A stretch of DNA of 64,000 nt from a bacterium (GTDB taxonomy: Bacteria; Electryoneota; RPQS01; DYHQ01): the NCBI GenBank assembly GCA_030622545.1, contig JAUXGA010000012.1, forward strand, positions 29,140 to 93,139, written 5' to 3'. Both the position numbers and the translations under genes were made by a program. Position 1 is the stretch's first letter. Each line of letters begins with the position of its first letter. Shown here piece by piece: positions 47,472-56,663 of this stretch. The notes under the pieces are model-generated. The model saw only the letters and a list, made by a program, of their open reading frames with translations. It was not told the origin of the DNA and did no database searches.

Positions 47472-49028
47472 ATGATTCCACCCGAACTTCAACTTGCGCT
47501 TCCCGAGCGCACCATTCCGATCTGGGTTCAGGACGGAGCCTTGTCGCGTCTTGGGACGATGGTGCGCAGTGTCTTGAGCGAAAAGGAAACGCCGCGCATT
47601 ACCATCTTAACAGATGAAAACGTCGCGGCGCTCTACCTGGACGAAGCGATAAATTCGCTGAAGGATTTCCATACGCGCGCGATTGTGTTTCCTCCGGGTG
47701 AAGGAGAAAAACAATTTGCGCGACTGCGAACTATCTTGGACGAGCTCATCAGCGAAGGTTTTCAGCGCAGTGATTTGCTCGTCGGTTTGGGGGGCGGAGT
47801 CGTCACGGACATCTGCGGTTTCGCGGCGTCGATTCTTTATCGCGGAGTGCGATGGGTGGCAGTGCCTACAACACTTTTAGGAATGAGCGATGCTGCTATC
47901 GGCGGCAAGACCGGCATTGATCATGCACTCGGAAAAAATCTCATCGGTACGTTTCACCAGCCGCAGGCTATCATCGCTGACCTTGACATGCTGAAGACGC
48001 TCCCGGAGCGCGAATGGCGTTCGGGCTCTGCTGAAGTCGCGAAAACTGCTCTTTTATCTACGCCGGAGTTGTGGCAAGAAATTCAAAAAATTAGTCCTGA
48101 TTTTTCGAATTGGCCGCAAGAGGAATTGCAATCAGCGATTCGTGTGGCGATGCGAGGGAAAATAGATATTGTCGAGGCGGATGAACGCGAACAGAACCAG
48201 CGCAGGCTTTTAAATCTCGGACATACCTTCGGGCACGCGATTGAAGTTGCCACAAATTATCAAGCCTTTCGCCACGGCGAAGCGGTTTTTCTTGGACTGC
48301 GAGCCATGCTTCATCTGTCCGTGCGTGCGGTGGGATTACCTTCTGAAGAAGCTCATGCGATTGATGCGGTATTGGCGAAGGTTCCGCACCCGGCAGCCGA
48401 AATCTCGATTGACCAGATTCTCTCGGCGCTTGAACACGACAAGAAAAAGGCGCATGGCAAACTCCACTGGATTTTGCTCAAAGCCGTTGAGCAGCCGGTG
48501 ATTGTGGATGATGTGAAGGACGAGTGGGTGCGCGAAGCCGCAGAGGAACTTGTCGGCTATTTAAAGGAAGGAGATGCCGCGCCGTTTGGAAACAGGCTGA
48601 GTCGTGTGCTTGTTCTTAACGGGCCGAATCTGAATCTTTTAGGCGAGCGCGAACCAGAGGTTTATGGCAGTCAGACATTGCAGGAGCTTGAAGAAAAAAT
48701 TCGGAGAAGAGCGGAACAAATCGACGTCGAAATTCTTTGTCGTCAGTCGAATCACGAAGGGGAATTAATCGACCTTCTCCAACGTTTTCGTCATTGGGCA
48801 GATGGAATTATTTTCAATCCGGGAGCGTTTACCCATACCAGTATCGCTCTTCGCGACGCCATCGCCGCGATTGACACACCAGTCATCGAGGTTCATCTTT
48901 CGGATATTTCGAAGCGCGAAGATTTTCGGCGGCAGTCTGTGCTTTCGCCGGTTTGCGTGCGCCAGATTTCCGGCAAAGGCATAAGCGGTTATTTCGAAGC
49001 GCTTGAATTTCTCGCCGAGCAGAAATAA
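47472..49028 (+). CDS. aroB: Bifunctional 3-dehydroquinate synthase / type II 3-dehydroquinate dehydratase fusion
   Basis: N-terminal DHQ synthase (GLGGGVVTDICGFAAS, AVPTTLLGMSDAAIGGKTGI); C-terminal ~150 aa with VLVLNGPNLNLLGEREPEVYG and IEVHLSDISKRE = type II dehydroquinase signatures. Confidence 0.75.
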   Translation: MIPPELQLALPERTIPIWVQDGALSRLGTMVRSVLSEKETPRITILTDENVAALYLDEAINSLKDFHTRAIVFPPGEGEKQFARLRTILDELISEGFQRSDLLVGLGGGVVTDICGFAASILYRGVRWVAVPTTLLGMSDAAIGGKTGIDHALGKNLIGTFHQPQAIIADLDMLKTLPEREWRSGSAEVAKTALLSTPELWQEIQKISPDFSNWPQEELQSAIRVAMRGKIDIVEADEREQNQRRLLNLGHTFGHAIEVATNYQAFRHGEAVFLGLRAMLHLSVRAVGLPSEEAHAIDAVLAKVPHPAAEISIDQILSALEHDKKKAHGKLHWILLKAVEQPVIVDDVKDEWVREAAEELVGYLKEGDAAPFGNRLSRVLVLNGPNLNLLGEREPEVYGSQTLQELEEKIRRRAEQIDVEILCRQSNHEGELIDLLQRFRHWADGIIFNPGAFTHTSIALRDAIAAIDTPVIEVHLSDISKREDFRRQSVLSPVCVRQISGKGISGYFEALEFLAEQK

Positions 49029-49329
49029 AGAGTCACTGTTTTTTCCGCATTGGGCTATGCGCTCCTGTGTGCGGCAAATGCGTAACGTGCGAGCGCCCAA
49101 CCTCGTGAACCTAAAATATTAGAAAAGAATTCGTTAATCCTCTTTGACTGTGACTATTTCTTCGCGCTCCAATCCAGGTTCAGCGTGATGTGTGTCACTA
49201 ATTTCGAATTGAGGCACCTGTACGCTAACTTGGTCAGGGAGGTCTCGATGACATTTGTTTCTCCTGTCTGGAGAACATCCGCAATTCGTTGAACGTCAAT
49301 CTTGCTTTCGGCAGATTCTGTAGGATATT

Positions 49330-49704
49330 CTAATCGCAAACATCCAGCAGTTCGTGTATCGCTTGCTTCATTTCATCATGACTAAAAGGCTTTTCAAACG
49401 TTCGCTGTGCACCAAAGGCTTTAGCTATTGAAAGATAGCTTCTCGGACCAATGCGCCCTCCCCCGGATATGGCAATGATTTTCACGTCGGGGAACTCATG
49501 CCGCAGCTCTTTAATTGTCTCGAGGCCCTCCTTCTCCGGCATAATAATGTCCGTTATGACAACATCGATTGGCTGTTCTCGGAGAGTCTTCAACGCTATT
49601 CTGCCGTCAGAACCTTGCTCCACCTCATAACCCGCGCGTTTCAGCATTTCCCCGAGCATGGACCTGACTTCGGGATCATCATCAATAATAAGTATGCGCG
49701 CCAT
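49330..49704 (-). CDS. Stand-alone response-regulator receiver domain (CheY-like)
   Basis: AAGGAG SD; MARILIIDDDPEVR..., phospho-acceptor Asp in VVITDIIMP, conserved K in AISGG region; 5 nt downstream of the histidine kinase. Confidence 0.8.
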   Translation of the reverse strand: MARILIIDDDPEVRSMLGEMLKRAGYEVEQGSDGRIALKTLREQPIDVVITDIIMPEKEGLETIKELRHEFPDVKIIAISGGGRIGPRSYLSIAKAFGAQRTFEKPFSHDEMKQAIHELLDVCD

Positions 49705-49709
49705 CGTTC

Positions 49710-52700
49710 TTAGTCTCCTTTCTTGTCCTCATCCAATACCTGACGGATAGCCGTACCAAGTTCAGCCATCATGACAGGCTTCAGAATGTAGTCACGAATC
49801 CCCAATTGTTTTGCTTTCTCAGAGGTGACAATCTCACTGAACCCCGTAATGAGAATAACCGGCATGTCCGGACGGATATGCATTACTTCGGTTGCAAACT
49901 CGACGCCCGTCATATTCGGCATCGTCTGATCCGTAACAACAAGATCAAACCGGTCCGGCTGAGCCCGAAACGCTTCCAAAGCTTCAACGCTGCTGGTTCG
50001 AACCGTCACATTGTAGCCCAGATTCCTCAATGTCCTTTGTCCCAAATCAGCCAACACCTCTTCGTCATCGACGAATAGAATGTTTTCGCTGCCTCGGGGA
50101 ATCATCTCTGCGTCTGATACTTTCTCTGCTGTCTCGACTTTTAGCTTCGGGAGATAAACCTTGAATGTAGAACCTTTCCCCAGTTCACTCGTGACCACTA
50201 TCGCACCGTTATAACTCCTCACGATTCCGTGAGTCGTCGAAAGTCCCATCCCCGTTCCTTCACCGACGGGTTTCGTTGTGTAGAAGGGTTCGAACATCCG
50301 TTCCAATGTGACCGAATCCATGCCGTGACCCGTATCGCTGACCGTCAGTACGACATAGGGGCCTTTGCTTAGATTCGGATTCGCCCGCACCTGCTTGGCA
50401 TCCACGTCAACGGCGTCGAGACGTACCTTGAGCACGCCGCCTGTCTCACGCATCGCATAGTGCGCATTGGCGCATAGATTCATCAAGATCTGGTGGATCT
50501 GAGTAGGATCCCCCATCACGGCACCGCAATTCGGATTGATATCCTCCTGGATTTCGATGGTTGCTGGCAGGGAAGCCCGCAGCAGCTTGAGCACCTCTTT
50601 AACAACCGGGTGAATCTGGATTGGTTGTGATTCATGTTCCGTCTGGCGGCTGAAGGCAAGGATCTGTTTCACCAAATCTTTCGCTCGATCCCCGGCTTTT
50701 AATACCGCTTCCAGATCACTATGCACTCTGTTGTTCTCTGGAACTTCTCGTTGGGCCATATCAGCGTACCCAAGCATCGCCGCGAGGATGTTATTGAAGT
50801 CATGCGCGATGCCCCCCGACAGCGTCCCAATCGCTTCCATCTTCTGCGCCTGGCGAAGCTGAATTTCTAACCGTTCCTTTTCCTCCTCCGCCTGCTTGCG
50901 CTCGGTGATGTCTCGGAATATGCCGCGTGTGGCAATGAATTCACCGTCTTCTAAATGAAGGTTGATTTTTCCCTCGACAAAGATTTCGCTGCCATCTTTT
51001 GACATGAACACCGTTTCAACACTGTCGACGGCTTCCCCCCGGCATACTCTTTGAAAAATCTCCATGCAGTGCGAGACATGGTTTGGGTGAAGGATGTCAA
51101 TAAATGTCAGTTTGCGGATTTCCTCTTCCGAGTATCCGAGAACCTTCCTCCACTGCCGATTCACGTAAACAAACTTTCCACTGTCATCCACGCTTTGAAT
51201 CAAGTCATTGGCGCTCTCGAACAAATCCCGATAGCGCCACTCGCTCTCCCGAAGCGCCTTTTCCGCCTGCTTGCGCTCGGTGATGTCTCTTTGAACCGTC
51301 ATATGCGCAACTACATTCCCGTCATCATCCACCACTCTCGATGATGAGACTGCTATGGGAAACTGCTTACCATCTTTTCTCTTGCCAATCAGCTCGCCCT
51401 TCCAATGGCCTTTCATCGTTTCCGCTAATGCGTTTTTTAGCACTGGCAGCTGATTCTCCAAATAAATAGAGGAAATCTCCTTTCCAATCATCTCTTCTTC
51501 TGAATAGCCAAACATTCCGGCAAATGCGTCATTCACGTAGGTAATCCTACCCTCAAGATCGCCTATAGCGATGCCGTCAACTGAACTATCCGTAGAATGC
51601 GAGAATAACCTCAGCGCCTCTTCCGCCTGCTTGCTCTCGGTGATATCTTGGTTCACGTCATAGGTCTTAATCGTCCGGCCCTCACTGTTCTTCACGATCT
51701 GAAAGCGCACTATAATGTGTCCGGTCTCCCCGTCGGCATAGACTATTCGATGTTCGAGTTGTCGGCTATAATTGGGATCCGTGGCTTCGATAGCCTTCCG
51801 AACTTCATCGGCGACCATCGGCCTATCTTCGGGATGCACAAACAGTTCGGCATAGCGCGCAGACGGCATGGTGTAGCCGCCCACTTCTTCAGCCGTCGTT
51901 CGAAACAGTGTGTAAAATTCATCATTGAAAGTGAACAAGTCCTTGGCGATATCGTATTCCCAATTCCCCAACTTGGCTATCCGTAACGCGTTCAACAGAT
52001 GTACATTGCTCCTGCGAAGTACCTCTTCGGTCCGCTTGCGTTCGGTGATGTCGACAGAATATTCGATCACCTGCGTGAAATTACCGTCTTCATCAAATAT
52101 CGGGAAGGCGTGAACTTCCATATTCCGGGGATTGCCATCCTTATCGAAGTGAACATGTTCAACCGTTACCGGCTGTTTCGTCTTTTTGATCATTTCAAGC
52201 GGGCATGGATCATCACCTCCGGCACACGGTTTAGAACGCCCATGAGTCAGCGCATAGCAAGTTGAAAGCTCTTTCGATGGATCTGCACATGAAGCTTTAT
52301 TTGCCAGTTTAACCGTGTAATCGTTGACATCAATGACGATGAAAGAATGCGTGAGAGCATCAAGAGATGTCTGGAGAAACTCCTTTTGCTCGCGTATTTG
52401 CGCCTCGACCTGCTTGCGTTCGGTAATATCGCGTGCAACTCCCACGGCATGCCATCTACCTTTAATCTGAATACTGGACAGAGAGATTTCTATTGGAAAT
52501 TTCGTTCCATCCTTTCGAATCGCTTCTAATTCAAGTGTCTTTCCTAAAACAGTACCAAGTCCGGTTCTCTGAAATGCACCAAATCCGGCTCGGAAAGCTT
52601 CATGATATTTCTCGGGAGCTAACAACGAATGCATATCCTTGTCAAGCGCTTCTTCACTCGTAAAGCCAAACACTCTTTCCGATGCGATATTCCAATAAGA

Positions 52701-54665
52701 AATCTTTCCTTCATCATCTATCAGAATGATGGCATCTTGAGCCGTGTTCGCGATCGCATGGAGCCGTTCCTCGCTTTCCCGGAGCTCCTCCTCGCCTTGC
52801 TTGCGCTTTACGGCAATGGCAATCTGATCTGAAGCAAATTGTAGAACCTCCAAATCCTTTTCAGAATAAGCAGAAGCATCTGTATAGCTTTGAATAGCCA
52901 TAGCACCGATAATTTCTTTTCCGATTTTCAGAGGAACTCCAAGCCAAACCTTCGAGGGTGTGCCAACGGTTCCCACTTCTCCAGCTTGTACCAATTTCGC
53001 AGTAACTTCCTCGGTAGCAAGAAGTGGCTCGCCTTTCTTGATGACGTAGGACGTGAGCGTTTTTCCTGCTGGGAACGATGTAAACTCGTCTTTCTCATCC
53101 GACATATGGGGAAGCGAAATCGTGTCGTTTTCTTTGTCATATAGCGCGATGTAGAAATTTGTTGTATCCACAATGGTGCTGAGCTCTTTTTGAATTTCGT
53201 TGAATAATTCTTTAAGGTCTTCGACTGTACTTGCTGCCGCAGCGATGTTATATAATACTAATTGATTTTGCTCCGCCTGCTTGCGCTCGCTGATGTCGTG
53301 CACGACGGCCTGAACTACTTGCTTGCCTCCCAAATCCAGACTATTCAGCAGGACTTCTGCAGGGAACTCCGTCCCGTCTATACGTTGATGGATCCACTCG
53401 AAACGATTGCGGCCTCCTTTCATAGCCGTTGCGATTCGCTCATTGGCCAAACTCATTGAATCCTGACCATTTGGTTGAGTTGCAGGTGACAAATCAGCCG
53501 GGTGCTTGCTGCAAAATTCTTCTTGACTGGCGCAGCCAAAAATCTGTAACGCAGCCCTGTTGCAATCGAAGAATCCCTTTTCATCGAGAAGCATCACCGC
53601 ATTGCTGGAAAAATCGTAGAGAGTATGGAATTTCGTCTCACTCTCCTGCAACGCCTCCTCCGTCCGCTTGCGCTCGGTGACATCAAGAGAAATCTCGATC
53701 ATTTGAACGAGGTTTCCGTCTTTGTCTAATATCGGGAAAGCATTGATTTCTATATTTCGGCAATTGCCGTCTTCATCGAAATGAACCTGTTCAACTATTA
53801 CAGGCCGCTTCGTCCTTTGAATTTCCTCAAGAGGACACGGAAAATCACCTCCTGAACATGGTTCGGAGCGTCCATGGATAGTTGCATAGCAGGTTGGAGG
53901 CCCTTTCGACCAATCCACATTTGCAGCCTTATTTGCCAGTTTGATCGTGTAATCGTTGACATCAATGACGGTGAAGGAGTGCGAGAGAGCATTAATGGCC
54001 ACTTGAAGAAACTTACGGTGCGCATGAATGCTCGCCTCGGCCCGCTTGCGCTCGGTGATGTCCCGTGTGATTCCAATGAAGCCAATCGGTTTGCCAGACG
54101 CATCTCGCAACAGACTGGCGCTCAGTTCGCCGGGAAACTTGGAACCATCCACCCTGATCATGCCATATTCAACACATTCAATCGATCCTTCTTCAGCCGT
54201 CTTCCGCATGTTTGCGATGGCTCTTTCTTGGTCAAGGGGAGTAATGAATTCTAAAACGCTTTTACCCAACATCTCATCATTTACACCGCACCCATACATC
54301 TTCACTGTTCGTTTGTTCACCTTAGCGATCTTGCCTTCCAAATCCGTAATTGTTATTCCATCAGTTGCAAACATAAACATACGAGACAACTTCTCCTCGC
54401 TCTCCCGCAGCACCTCCGCCGCCTGCTTGCGCCTATTAATCATGATTTGGGCTAAAACACCAAGCGTGATTAAAAGGCAGACCGTGAACGCACGCATCCA
54501 GATTTCATGCGCTTCAGGCTTGAATATCTGCTGAAAAAGATTGCCTTCTTGAAATGCAAAGACGTGTATGAAGGATTCAAATATCCAATACAATGCTCCC
54601 AGTTCTATGCTCAGCACAATCAAATTGCCTCTTGTCAAGGCACGAAATAATTTGCGGAGCTTCAT
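49710..54665 (-). CDS. Giant hybrid sensor histidine kinase: N-terminal TM helices, ~10 PAS domains, GAF, HisKA, HATPase, C-terminal REC
   Basis: 1651 aa; repeated DITERKQAEE linkers (DNA motif cgcctgcttgcgctcggtgatgtc x ~10); GAF (...LKIGKEIIGAMAIQSY); H-box IAHDFNNILAAMLG; HATPase DTGHGM...GEGTGMGL; REC ILFVDDEEVL...VVTDQTMP. Confidence 0.85.
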   Translation of the reverse strand: MKLRKLFRALTRGNLIVLSIELGALYWIFESFIHVFAFQEGNLFQQIFKPEAHEIWMRAFTVCLLITLGVLAQIMINRRKQAAEVLRESEEKLSRMFMFATDGITITDLEGKIAKVNKRTVKMYGCGVNDEMLGKSVLEFITPLDQERAIANMRKTAEEGSIECVEYGMIRVDGSKFPGELSASLLRDASGKPIGFIGITRDITERKRAEASIHAHRKFLQVAINALSHSFTVIDVNDYTIKLANKAANVDWSKGPPTCYATIHGRSEPCSGGDFPCPLEEIQRTKRPVIVEQVHFDEDGNCRNIEINAFPILDKDGNLVQMIEISLDVTERKRTEEALQESETKFHTLYDFSSNAVMLLDEKGFFDCNRAALQIFGCASQEEFCSKHPADLSPATQPNGQDSMSLANERIATAMKGGRNRFEWIHQRIDGTEFPAEVLLNSLDLGGKQVVQAVVHDISERKQAEQNQLVLYNIAAAASTVEDLKELFNEIQKELSTIVDTTNFYIALYDKENDTISLPHMSDEKDEFTSFPAGKTLTSYVIKKGEPLLATEEVTAKLVQAGEVGTVGTPSKVWLGVPLKIGKEIIGAMAIQSYTDASAYSEKDLEVLQFASDQIAIAVKRKQGEEELRESEERLHAIANTAQDAIILIDDEGKISYWNIASERVFGFTSEEALDKDMHSLLAPEKYHEAFRAGFGAFQRTGLGTVLGKTLELEAIRKDGTKFPIEISLSSIQIKGRWHAVGVARDITERKQVEAQIREQKEFLQTSLDALTHSFIVIDVNDYTVKLANKASCADPSKELSTCYALTHGRSKPCAGGDDPCPLEMIKKTKQPVTVEHVHFDKDGNPRNMEVHAFPIFDEDGNFTQVIEYSVDITERKRTEEVLRRSNVHLLNALRIAKLGNWEYDIAKDLFTFNDEFYTLFRTTAEEVGGYTMPSARYAELFVHPEDRPMVADEVRKAIEATDPNYSRQLEHRIVYADGETGHIIVRFQIVKNSEGRTIKTYDVNQDITESKQAEEALRLFSHSTDSSVDGIAIGDLEGRITYVNDAFAGMFGYSEEEMIGKEISSIYLENQLPVLKNALAETMKGHWKGELIGKRKDGKQFPIAVSSSRVVDDDGNVVAHMTVQRDITERKQAEKALRESEWRYRDLFESANDLIQSVDDSGKFVYVNRQWRKVLGYSEEEIRKLTFIDILHPNHVSHCMEIFQRVCRGEAVDSVETVFMSKDGSEIFVEGKINLHLEDGEFIATRGIFRDITERKQAEEEKERLEIQLRQAQKMEAIGTLSGGIAHDFNNILAAMLGYADMAQREVPENNRVHSDLEAVLKAGDRAKDLVKQILAFSRQTEHESQPIQIHPVVKEVLKLLRASLPATIEIQEDINPNCGAVMGDPTQIHQILMNLCANAHYAMRETGGVLKVRLDAVDVDAKQVRANPNLSKGPYVVLTVSDTGHGMDSVTLERMFEPFYTTKPVGEGTGMGLSTTHGIVRSYNGAIVVTSELGKGSTFKVYLPKLKVETAEKVSDAEMIPRGSENILFVDDEEVLADLGQRTLRNLGYNVTVRTSSVEALEAFRAQPDRFDLVVTDQTMPNMTGVEFATEVMHIRPDMPVILITGFSEIVTSEKAKQLGIRDYILKPVMMAELGTAIRQVLDEDKKGD

Positions 54666-54666
54666 C

Positions 54667-54951
54667 TCAGATTCCCCTTAATTCGCTTAGTGATTTTACT
54701 TCAGTCTGGTAAAACAGAAGTGACCCGCGCAATATCTGCCCGATAAATGCCGCCATTAAGCATTCGATTTTTCTCATAAGTGAGCCTTTATTCATTTTTA
54801 GATGCGACGGAATTCTCGAAGAAGGCTTGTGTTCGGCTTCCGCTTTCTCAGCTTTTGTTAATTGTTTGCGAAGCGTTTTCAACTCTTCGATGAGCTGGGC
54901 TTTTGCTTTTCTGGAATTCATAGCAGTGGCTCCCATGCAATATCCCCTCAA
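54667..54951 (-). CDS. Small basic/coiled-coil hypothetical protein immediately upstream of the kinase (1-nt gap)
   Basis: 94-aa ORF, stop 1 nt before kinase ATG; KAKAQLIEELKTLRKQLTKAEKAEAE; no recognisable domain. Confidence 0.35.
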   Translation of the reverse strand: MRGYCMGATAMNSRKAKAQLIEELKTLRKQLTKAEKAEAEHKPSSRIPSHLKMNKGSLMRKIECLMAAFIGQILRGSLLFYQTEVKSLSELRGI

Positions 54952-55309
54952 CTACGAAAGCTTACCCGGTGAAGGTATCGAAGGATAAAGTATAATAGAC
55001 CCTTCGGCACATTTTTCCTCCGCCGATTCCGCTATTCAAATCCATGCTGCCTTAGGTCTCAGCTTGATTCGGAGAATGCTGAAGAACAGAACCGATGTGA
55101 CACTGATTTTTTAGACAAGCCTTCTTTCATTATCAATTTGCATACAAAAAGAATGCCGCTATGCAGTTCAAATAATCTACTGAGAACTTGTTGCGAATTA
55201 TGCTACAGCATATGCTTGGAATGCTTATATTTCGGGTGCGCTTTGTTTAGCCGCGACCTCCGGTCGCGATGAATACACATTCTCGGTGCGCCGTGAACGC
55301 TCCTCACAT

Positions 55310-55349
55310 AAAAAAGAGCTTGCAAGTATTTGGTGCTTGCAAGCTTTTG
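55310..55349. terminator. Bidirectional intrinsic terminator: aaaaa-agcttgcaag-tatttggtg-cttgcaagct-tttt
   Basis: Perfect 10-bp stem 55317-55326 / 55336-55345 flanked by A5 and T4; lies in AT-rich spacer. Confidence 0.55.
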
Positions 55350-55577
55350 TATTCACGCAACACGACACGCAGGGATTCCGCGTATCAAGTATCGACAACT
55401 TCAGGACGGCATGTGAGTTCCATGAGATTTATCGGTTTCAAGACTTGGCGAAGCTCACTTGCGAATTCCTCCGTCTTATCGAAAAAAGGAGACGCGTTCA
55501 TCGTCCCCACGAATTCGGAATGCGTTCGCCCGCTGCGATAATCCGGTTCCCGTCGGAGATGCTTGAGATAGTTTGAC

Positions 55578-55775
55578 ATGAAGCGGAGCGGCCCGGCCAA
55601 TCTAACGGTGTATAACATGATGGGGCAGAAAGTGGCAACGTTGTTTGATGGCATCACCGATGCCGGTCGCCACACCGTCAATTTTGATGGAGCCAATCTT
55701 CCATCCGGAACCTATCTCTACACGTTGCAAGCCGGCGGTCATCAAGTTACCAAAAAGATGATTCTGATGAAGTGA
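55578..55775 (+). pseudogene. Orphan T9SS C-terminal sorting domain (65 aa) without an upstream cargo domain; probable gene remnant
   Basis: MKRSGPANLTVYNMMGQKVATLFDG...GTYLYTLQAGGHQVTKKMILMK = complete Por_Secre_tail; reading frame upstream is closed by stops and contains a terminator hairpin. Confidence 0.5.
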
Positions 55776-55913
55776 TGCGTGCAACACGCCTGACCACCCA
55801 TTCTCCCGGGTGAAGTCAGGTCAAGAAAAAGATCTTTGAACGAGAGCAACAAGCCCTTAGGAATCCTTCCCAAGGGCTTGGTTTTTGTAGCACGCACGGG
55901 CTTCAAATCCGCA

Positions 55914-55956
55914 ACCTCCAACGTGACAGGCTGGCGTTCTAACCAAACTGAACTAC
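55914..55956 (-). repeat. Partial duplicate (43 nt, 100% identical) of tRNA-Asp covering D-arm to variable loop; acceptor and T-arm do not fold
   Basis: acctccaacgtgacaggctggcgttctaaccaaactgaactac identical to 56215-56257; flanking sequence cannot pair as acceptor stem. Confidence 0.7.
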
Positions 55957-56145
55957 AACCGAGCATGAAATCTGTTGCGGCAGGGTCAGGGGACCCTGCT
56001 CGGCGGATTTTGGCGGACACGGCACGCCATCACCCTACGGTCGCGAGCGCATCGCCACGCTCGCCTTTGTTGAATGCACATTTATAAAGCATTGCGGCGC
56101 TGATGTTATTTGCAAGACATTGAATCTCCATACAATATAACCAAA

Positions 56146-56182
56146 GAAAAAACCCTTGTCAAGTATGAACTTAACAAGGGTT
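56146..56182 (-). terminator. Intrinsic terminator after tRNA-Asp (minus strand): aacccttgt...acaagggtt hairpin followed by U-tract
   Basis: 9-bp stem 56151-56159 / 56174-56182 plus inner aagt/actt pairs; A-run 56145-56150 on plus strand = U-run on the tRNA transcript. Confidence 0.6.
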
Positions 56183-56188
56183 ATGTAG

Positions 56189-56263
56189 CGGGGCCGACGG
56201 GACTCGAACCCGCGACCTCCAACGTGACAGGCTGGCGTTCTAACCAAACTGAACTACGACCCC
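56189..56263 (-). tRNA. tRNA-Asp (anticodon GTC)
   Basis: rc folds as GGGGTCG-TA-GTTC..GAAC-G-CCAGC-CTGTCAC-GTTGG-AGGTC-GCGGG-TTCGAGT-CCCGT-CGGCCCC-G, 75 nt; CCA not encoded. Confidence 0.9.
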
Positions 56264-56533
56264 GATAAAGAAAATCCGAAATTTAAAATCAAAAATCCGA
56301 AACGCAATATCCGAAAAACCTTGCGATACTGTTGAGCATTGGCGAAAATCCGAAATGTGATCTCAAAAACCTGAAGAACCTTGCGAAAATGTTGAGCATT
56401 AACGAAAATCAGAAATCCGAAAAGCTGTGCACCCTACTCGGCGTTGATTTTCGGGTTAAAGGACACTACTCGACGACTAAGAAATCCAAATATAAAATCC
56501 CAATTTCGGGTTTCGGATTTTGGATTTCGATTG
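56264..56533. repeat. AT-rich spacer between tRNA-Val and tRNA-Asp with ~6 copies of aaatccgaaa and a ~60-bp imperfect tandem duplication (aaccttgcgaNactgttgagcattRRcgaaaatcMgaaat)
   Basis: Direct reading: units at ~56316-56375 and ~56376-56430; aatccgaaa at 56271, 56295, 56349, 56413, etc. Confidence 0.6.
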
Positions 56534-56607
56534 TGGGCGATGACGGATTCGAACCGCCGACATCTTGCGTGTAAAGCAAGCGCTCTAACCAACTGAGCTA
56601 ATCGCCC
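56534..56607 (-). tRNA. tRNA-Val (anticodon TAC)
   Basis: rc folds as GGGCGAT-TA-GCTC-AGTTGGTTA-GAGC-G-CTTGC-TTTACAC-GCAAG-ATGTC-GGCGG-TTCGAAT-CCGTC-ATCGCCC-A, 74 nt. Confidence 0.9.
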
Positions 56608-56663
56608 GAACGGCAGGTTCGATGTCCCGCAGACAGATACCGGCGACGCCAGGCAGGTCGCCC

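Noticed and set aside
55269-55576. ORFs 55269..55541 and 55286..55576 as candidate cargo N-terminus for the orphan CTD
   Set aside because: AT-rich, contain a perfect bidirectional terminator hairpin (55310-55349), different frames from the CTD, no signal peptide or domain
55862-55960. Third intact tRNA (tRNA-Asp copy)
   Set aside because: Only the 43-nt D-arm/anticodon-arm segment is conserved; acceptor-stem halves (TCGGTTG vs GCGTGCT) cannot pair and T-stem is broken, so called a partial duplicate
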